From NCBI GenBank assembly GCA_046542505.1, contig JBKHBH010000027.1:1-22107 (forward strand): a stretch of DNA of 22,107 bases, read 5' to 3'. Position 1 is the first letter of the stretch; every line of letters starts with the position of its first letter. Below are positions 16,684 through 22,107 of this stretch, in pieces. Below the pieces are notes generated by a model. That model did not search any database. It was not told the DNA's origin and saw only the letters and a list, made by a program, of their open reading frames with translations. Both the position numbers and the translations under genes were made by a program. The stretch is from Thermovirgaceae bacterium (GTDB taxonomy: Bacteria; Synergistota; Synergistia; Synergistales; Thermovirgaceae).

Positions 16684-18075
16684 CTAATAGGGAAATTCGA
16701 CTCCCATCTTGTTGAGTTCCTCTTTCATGCGATAGTACTGATCAAGATATTCCTGGCGTGGGATCAAGCGTTCCATATCGTAGACGTCCTGGATCGTTTT
16801 TCCGTAATTGTCTGTGGGGATAAGGGACTCATATTTTTCCATGATCTTCTGGCACACTTCTTCAGCCTTGGCCCTGTCGAGACGCATCTTGAAGGAAGCT
16901 TCGGAACACTCGTGGTAGAACCGTGATTCAAGCGGCGTCGCGTGGTCGGTGTACTTGTTGCGGCAAGTTGCGGCACCCCAGGGGTTACCTCCGGAACTCT
17001 CCGTCGCGAGGGCGTGGTTGGCGCATTCCCAGTAAAGTTGATCTGTTCCGGGACCCGCATTTGCGAAGAGGTTGTTGAGGTAGATGAGGTTGGAGTTTCT
17101 GGACATGGCCTGGCTCAACATGCTCTGGATCCAGAGAAGCGCCCTGGTCGTCGTCGACTGCCATTTGAGGTGGAAGGGGAAGTTGAGCGCCCAGTTTGAA
17201 CCGTAGAGGCAGGCCCCCTGGATGTTGTAGGCCGTCTGGAGAACCGCCGTTGCCTCGGTGCCACCCGCGTGGCCGCCGAAAATCGCGCCGCAGAGGTTCC
17301 CGAAAACATTGCCGTAGGAGCGGTAATGAAGCGACTTGTTCAGCATTGCGTCGTTGGTCGTCATCTCCGTGAGAATGGAAACCATGCGTCCGTCAAGATG
17401 GGACTGGCGCACACCCCAGGCCGGGTTTGCCGCAGCTATCTGGGCCTGGTCGGTCTCGGCGGTTCCAACGGAAACGGTCCAGACGTCGGGTTTTCCGACA
17501 AGGCGCTGTGCGTCCCTGAGATTCATGGCATGTTCCATGGCCGCCGCCACTTCGGTGGGGCTCTGCGATGTAGCCTTGCGGCCCATAAAATCCTCGATCA
17601 AGGGTGCGCAGAGACCGTCAAGCATCGGCTCTTTCAGATAGGCCATGCAGGCTTTCTTGTGAATATCGGTGCTGAAGTTCGCATCTGGGCTGAAAAGATG
17701 GAAGGGGCGTTTCTCCTTGTCTTCCACGGACCGAACCTGCAGCCAGCGCTGGTCGTGGCCTGCACCGACCATGTAACTCGGTTGTTTCGTGTAAAGCACT
17801 TCATCAACCTCGGACTCGGTGAATTTCATCACCCTGTGATGGTCGGCGTGATAGACACCAACGGAGATGAAGAAATCTTTTGCAGCCGCCCAGAGCCTGT
17901 CGGCAAGGTCATCGTCGCAGTTAACGATCGTTTTGCCGTCCCACTTGATGTCGTGCTCCTTGACGACCCTTCTCATTTCGGGAATGAATGACTTCATCAT
18001 CCATTCATTCTGATTCCTGTAAAACGGTCCATCTTCTACCTTGGAGAAGACCTCCCACATTCTAAACGTAGACAT
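16684..18075 (-). CDS. mtmB: MtmB-family (monomethylamine:corrinoid methyltransferase-like) protein lacking pyrrolysine
   Basis: 463 aa with MtmB-like segments VNCDDDLADRLW.AA, RVMKFTESEV, SPTE, GKP, GG.AGG.E, AGPGT, TPLESRF and YD...L.P.QEY. No internal TAG. Adjacent to the corrinoid protein gene. Confidence 0.85.
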   Translation of the reverse strand: MSTFRMWEVFSKVEDGPFYRNQNEWMMKSFIPEMRRVVKEHDIKWDGKTIVNCDDDLADRLWAAAKDFFISVGVYHADHHRVMKFTESEVDEVLYTKQPSYMVGAGHDQRWLQVRSVEDKEKRPFHLFSPDANFSTDIHKKACMAYLKEPMLDGLCAPLIEDFMGRKATSQSPTEVAAAMEHAMNLRDAQRLVGKPDVWTVSVGTAETDQAQIAAANPAWGVRQSHLDGRMVSILTEMTTNDAMLNKSLHYRSYGNVFGNLCGAIFGGHAGGTEATAVLQTAYNIQGACLYGSNWALNFPFHLKWQSTTTRALLWIQSMLSQAMSRNSNLIYLNNLFANAGPGTDQLYWECANHALATESSGGNPWGAATCRNKYTDHATPLESRFYHECSEASFKMRLDRAKAEEVCQKIMEKYESLIPTDNYGKTIQDVYDMERLIPRQEYLDQYYRMKEELNKMGVEFPY

Positions 18076-18140
18076 GTTGACACCCTCCTTATTTTTGCTG
18101 GGGAAAATTCATTACACAGTTGCCCACTGAGCCTGACCCG

Positions 18141-18773
18141 CTAGCGGTTCAGAGCAGCCTTCAGCTTGTCGACGAATTCGAAGGCGTCAAAAGACCAGAT
18201 ATCGGCACCTATTCTTTCGGACCATTCCGGTGATGTCGGGGCTCCACCGATGCAAACAAGGTATTTGTCCTTCTCCCCTGCCTCGGCGAGAAGTTTGATG
18301 AACTCTTCCTGATTCGGCATAGTCGTCGTCATCAGGGCCGAAAGGCCGACGGCCTCGGCGTTGTTCTTTTTTGCCTGCTCCATGTATTCAACGGGATCCA
18401 CGTCGACGCCCAGGTCGACGACATTGAATCCGTGTGCCTGAAGCATGATCCCGACGATATTCTTTCCTATTTCATGGTAGTCACCCTTGACGGTTCCGAT
18501 GACGACCGTTGCCGGGACCTTGTCAGTCTCCCTTGCGACAAGATGCTCCTTGAGGACATCCATGATCTGCATGAAGGTATCTCCCGCAACCATGAGGTCC
18601 GGAAGGAACACCTCGAAGTTCTCGAACTTCTCACCCAGTATTGCCATTTCTTCCGTCAAGCCGTCCATGATCTCATGGGGATCCGTTCCTTTATCGATCA
18701 TTTCCTGGACAAGTGAGCTGGCGCTTTCCCCTTCCCCTTCGATCAGGTACTGACGAACTTTTTCAATAGACAT
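18141..18773 (-). CDS. Cognate corrinoid protein (MtmC/MttC-like)
   Basis: Cap-domain motif FLPDL, B12-binding GDYHEIGKNIV (DxHxxG), SALMTTT, IGGAP. AAGGAGG SD places the start at ATG18773. Confidence 0.93.
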   Translation of the reverse strand: MSIEKVRQYLIEGEGESASSLVQEMIDKGTDPHEIMDGLTEEMAILGEKFENFEVFLPDLMVAGDTFMQIMDVLKEHLVARETDKVPATVVIGTVKGDYHEIGKNIVGIMLQAHGFNVVDLGVDVDPVEYMEQAKKNNAEAVGLSALMTTTMPNQEEFIKLLAEAGEKDKYLVCIGGAPTSPEWSERIGADIWSFDAFEFVDKLKAALNR

Positions 18774-18820
18774 TCTGACACCCTCCTTGATGGGATTATT
18801 TGCGTATCCTATGAGGGAAC

Positions 18821-18849
18821 TATATAGGGCGCCGGTCAAAGGAGTGCAA
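18821..18849 (-). promoter_or_regulatory. Candidate sigma70 promoter of the methyltransferase operon (TTGCAC-N17-TATATA)
   Basis: Minus-strand hexamers at 18844-18849 and 18821-18826 with a 17-nt spacer, about 48 nt upstream of the corrinoid gene start. Confidence 0.45.
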
Positions 18850-18876
18850 AAACCTTCTTTTCTGATGTGAGATTCT

Positions 18877-18955
18877 CGAAAAAAGGGATGATCCCGTTAA
18901 TGGGGTTTTTTGCGAAATGGCAGTGAACGAAAGGGGGAAATCCCCGTTATCGGGG
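18877..18955. repeat. Imperfect direct repeat pair, candidate activator binding sites
   Basis: AAAGGGATGATCCCGTTAATGGGG and AAAGGGGGAAATCCCCGTTATCGGGG. The CCCGTTA cores at 18893 and 18943 are 50 bp apart. Confidence 0.55.
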
Positions 18956-18973
18956 CTATGCAGCCTGAAGGAT

Positions 18974-21931
18974 TCACTGGACCCAGCCCACCCGACTGCG
19001 CAGTTCGTCCACCTTTTTTCTGTAATACGCTTCATTCTGTCCCAATACGGCTGAAGCAAAATCGTCGGGGATGGATGTTTTGAGACTGGAGAGTTCCGCC
19101 TTCGCCCAGTAATATATGGCCAGCCAGGTCGGGCGTTTCGCCTGTGCCACCAGCCGTTCCGTCACTTCGAAATATTCTCGGCTTTTGGCCCAATCTTCCT
19201 CAAGACCTGTGATGAGCCCCAGAAGACTGAAGGCTATGCCGCCGCCCTGAAGCCCTCCGTCCTGTTCCGAGTTCCGCTGGAAATAAAAAGCTTCGAGACG
19301 GCGGAGCATCATCTTGGCTTCATCGTATCGTTCAAGAAGACAGAGAGAATAACCGGCCTTTGCCAGGGAAAGGCCCATGCCCCGGTGAATGCCCAGCGAT
19401 TCACCCATCTGGACGCAGTTTTCGTAAAAGGCCAGAGCTCCTTCCGTGTCGCCCTGCGTCAGGTGGAGGTCCCCTCGAAAATGTTCCGCAGCGATAAGGG
19501 GCAAGGTGTATCCGGGCCCCTGTTCCTCCAGTTTTTCAAATATTTTTGTCGACATCCGGAGCAGTTTCGATGCCTCATCGGGCCGATCTTCCATGATCCG
19601 GGCGATGGCAAGAAACCGGAGAGCCGTTCCCAGGGGAACGTATAGCCTGTGGCCGAGGGCAAGACGATACATTTCACGAGCAAAAGGAAAGAGCCTGGCC
19701 ACATCGTCTGTCTGTATGGCCAGGTAGCAGAGCTGTCGAAGGACATCCACCTGCTCTGCGGCACTTGCTTTTCTGGCCCGCCGATATGCCTCGGTAAGTG
19801 TTTCAAGGGCTTCCTCATATTGCCCGTTCCACCAGAGGTGCGCTCCTTCCAGGACGAGGAGCTCGCGTTCAAGGGCATTGTATTCCGGTGTGTGTCCGAG
19901 CCTGCGGATCTGCTTGTCGAGAAGCGAACGCACCTCTGATATTGAATATTCAGTGAAGTCCGTGTCTTCAGCCATGGGAACATGGAGTTCCAGCTCCTGA
20001 TCCGTCAACGAAGGAAAAACTTCATGGGAAGCCTTGAAATGAACCTTCAATTCCCTGATACGCCAGTAGATCTCTTTATAGTAAAGTCCTCCCCTGCGAC
20101 AGAGGTCTGCTATTCTGGCGAAAGTGAGGCGGTTTTCTTCGCCTTCAGGGCAAAGATTCTCGAGGACTTCAACGGCCTTTTCGGTCAACGCCGCCCGTCT
20201 GGTGAACTGCATCCGTTCCAGCAGAGCCTCTCTGATCTTGGGGTGGGAGAAATAATAGAGGACGTCACCGTCATCAGAAGGGTGCTCCCGCACAAGCCCC
20301 TGCAATTCGACCTGTTCGAGCCTGGTTGAGACGTCAATTTTCGAGAGGCCGAGAAGGCCCGTCACCTGGGAGAGTGTCGCCGGTTCCGGAAAGACAGCGA
20401 GACCTTCGAGGAAGAGCCTGTCTTCACCGTCCAGCATTTCGATCCTGGCCTCGAAAAGATTGGATGTAAGGGCTGATCCGGGCTCATTCCCGACACCCGC
20501 TTCAGGCTCATCCTCTGAAGGAATCAGCAGTTGCTTGATGAAATACGGGGTCCCCTGGGTCTGGCTGTAGACTTCAGCGACACGCTGCTCATTCCAGACC
20601 AGATCGGGACGAAGGTGCCTGCAGATCTGTCCTGTTTGCTCAAGGTTGAATCTTTTGAGATGGATTTCCAGTGTTTCGATCGGCTCTCCCGAGATTTCCG
20701 TCCGCAGCATAAAGGTCGATCGCACTTCCTGGTAGCCGGAAATCAGAAGTTTTCGGGAAAAGGATTCGTTCCAGATGATGGATTCGAGAATCATCCAGGA
20801 GGCCTTGTCCATCCACTGGATGTTTTCGACCACGAGGATCCGCTGATCCTCCGGGCCCCTGGAGGCAAGATGCTCGAGGATACGTTCCGCCACCCGGAAG
20901 TATGTCAGTTCCGTGGGAGTGACCTTTTCACTTTCCTGGGGAATCCCGCAGCCGAGTCTCCGCAGCAGATGCAAAAACGGGGCCATTGGGCGTTCCATCT
21001 CTTCCTGGTAGCACCTGACTCTCAGACAGGTCCAGCCGTCATTTCCCAACCGGCTTGCGACCTCTTCGACAAGGGTTCCCTTGCCTATTCCCTCTTCGCC
21101 CCAGACAAAACCACAGAGCGACTGGTTTGAGTCCTTTGCACAGCTGAAAAAATCCAGAAGCCGGAGGACTTCGGTATTTCTCAAAAGGGGGTTGTCTTCG
21201 GCGAGCCTTTTCCTGATTTCCGACCCCTTGACCCGACGGCGTGATCCCTCGGCGGACAGGACCTCCTCCAGACCGGACTGAACTCCAAGGTCTTCTTCGA
21301 CTCGCCGCGAGAAGTCACGTGCCACGCGGACAGCATCGATCTTTCGGTCCGCCTTGATGTAAAGGTGGGCAAGCTCACCGTGAATATCCTCATCATAAGG
21401 CTCAAGGTCCGCCAGTTTTTCGAAACACCTGACAGCATCCCGGAACCCCCTGTCGTCTCCCTGGTTTCGCATGAAGCCAGCCCGTTTTTTGATCCCTTCG
21501 GCGAGCATCTTGCGATACCTGCCGCGGCGGTCATGGAGCCATTCGTTGAAAACGGGCCAATCATCAAGTTCGGGCAGGTCCAGGTAGGGTTTGCAAAGAG
21601 ATTCGAGGTCTTCCCAGGAGAGGATCTCCACCTCTCGCAAAAGATCCAGGTCTTTCGCGATCTTTACGTTCGGGTCCAGGCCGATGGATCTTCCACGGGA
21701 AATGAAAACGGGCGCAAGGTTGCGGATTGCGCTGAGGGCATTGCTGAGGTTCCGTCGTCCCGCCTCGGTCGTCTTGTCCCCCCAGAGAAGGGAACTGATG
21801 CGATCACGGTGCATGGTCCCTTCCTCGACCAGCATAAGGGCAAGTATACGAGCCTTCAGAAAGGGAAAGGATATTTCTTCCTGGTCCGCAAAAAAAGCGG
21901 GAGAACCCAGAAACCTCGCCATATATCTCAT
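18974..21931 (-). CDS. Large SARP/AfsR-like transcriptional regulator (wHTH + BTAD + STAND-type ATPase + TPR-like region)
   Basis: RDRISSLLWGD...RRNLSNAL, LEPYDEDIH, Walker A GEEGIGKG, Walker B ILVVENIQWMD, YYFSHPKIRE and helical C-terminal repeats. Confidence 0.85.
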   Translation of the reverse strand: MRYMARFLGSPAFFADQEEISFPFLKARILALMLVEEGTMHRDRISSLLWGDKTTEAGRRNLSNALSAIRNLAPVFISRGRSIGLDPNVKIAKDLDLLREVEILSWEDLESLCKPYLDLPELDDWPVFNEWLHDRRGRYRKMLAEGIKKRAGFMRNQGDDRGFRDAVRCFEKLADLEPYDEDIHGELAHLYIKADRKIDAVRVARDFSRRVEEDLGVQSGLEEVLSAEGSRRRVKGSEIRKRLAEDNPLLRNTEVLRLLDFFSCAKDSNQSLCGFVWGEEGIGKGTLVEEVASRLGNDGWTCLRVRCYQEEMERPMAPFLHLLRRLGCGIPQESEKVTPTELTYFRVAERILEHLASRGPEDQRILVVENIQWMDKASWMILESIIWNESFSRKLLISGYQEVRSTFMLRTEISGEPIETLEIHLKRFNLEQTGQICRHLRPDLVWNEQRVAEVYSQTQGTPYFIKQLLIPSEDEPEAGVGNEPGSALTSNLFEARIEMLDGEDRLFLEGLAVFPEPATLSQVTGLLGLSKIDVSTRLEQVELQGLVREHPSDDGDVLYYFSHPKIREALLERMQFTRRAALTEKAVEVLENLCPEGEENRLTFARIADLCRRGGLYYKEIYWRIRELKVHFKASHEVFPSLTDQELELHVPMAEDTDFTEYSISEVRSLLDKQIRRLGHTPEYNALERELLVLEGAHLWWNGQYEEALETLTEAYRRARKASAAEQVDVLRQLCYLAIQTDDVARLFPFAREMYRLALGHRLYVPLGTALRFLAIARIMEDRPDEASKLLRMSTKIFEKLEEQGPGYTLPLIAAEHFRGDLHLTQGDTEGALAFYENCVQMGESLGIHRGMGLSLAKAGYSLCLLERYDEAKMMLRRLEAFYFQRNSEQDGGLQGGGIAFSLLGLITGLEEDWAKSREYFEVTERLVAQAKRPTWLAIYYWAKAELSSLKTSIPDDFASAVLGQNEAYYRKKVDELRSRVGWVQ

Positions 21932-22107
21932 GAATTTTTCTCCATCGCGTCAGGTTGATCTCGTCCTTTTCCAGAAGCAAACCTGCCAGCTTCAACAAAA
22001 TGTTACCCCAGGCGATCTCAGAGATAAACCGTTACCAAGCGATTAAAAACACCAGAGGTCACGGAAAGCGGCCAACAGGTGACACAGGGACATTATGCTA
22101 TCCCTGC

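Noticed and set aside
16684..18143. Pyrrolysine read-through at the TAG stops of the mtmB-like and corrinoid genes
   Set aside because: Both proteins are already full length. Read-through of mtmB meets a TGA after 12 codons, the corrinoid gene is out of frame with mtmB, and no pylT or pyl genes are visible.
18774..18973. Cobalamin riboswitch upstream of the corrinoid gene
   Set aside because: No B12-box or conserved AGGGAA/GCCACTG arrangement on the coding strand, and the leader after the candidate promoter is too short. An Rfam scan would be decisive.

Overview
Gene-dense bacterial chromosomal segment, apparently from an anaerobe. Synergistota is a weak guess from gene content only. The left half holds stress, metal and housekeeping genes: PfpI/DJ-1, an orphan CooC-like ATPase, a DMT transporter, rpiA, an otsA-like gene, a flavodiiron protein, yjbQ, a frameshifted DUF318 permease, a Mut7-C RNase and two PLP enzymes. 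The right half (12467-21931, minus strand) is a complete corrinoid-dependent methyltransferase module: SARP/STAND-type regulator, corrinoid protein, full-length MtmB-family methyltransferase, UroD/MtbA-family MT2, RACo/RamA-type activator and CobW-type GTPase. Its main oddities are that the MtmB homolog has no in-frame amber codon (Val at the pyrrolysine-equivalent position) and that the MT2 has an altered Zn motif plus a fused CxxC thioredoxin-like domain. Directly downstream lies a 214-bp internally deleted fhs relic that the ORF track does not resolve. Candidate cis-elements include a 50-bp-spaced direct repeat above the operon promoter, near-identical translation-initiation regions and intra-operon hairpins. 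I saw no rRNA, tRNA, CRISPR array or transposase. All family calls come from motif recognition by eye, not database searches.
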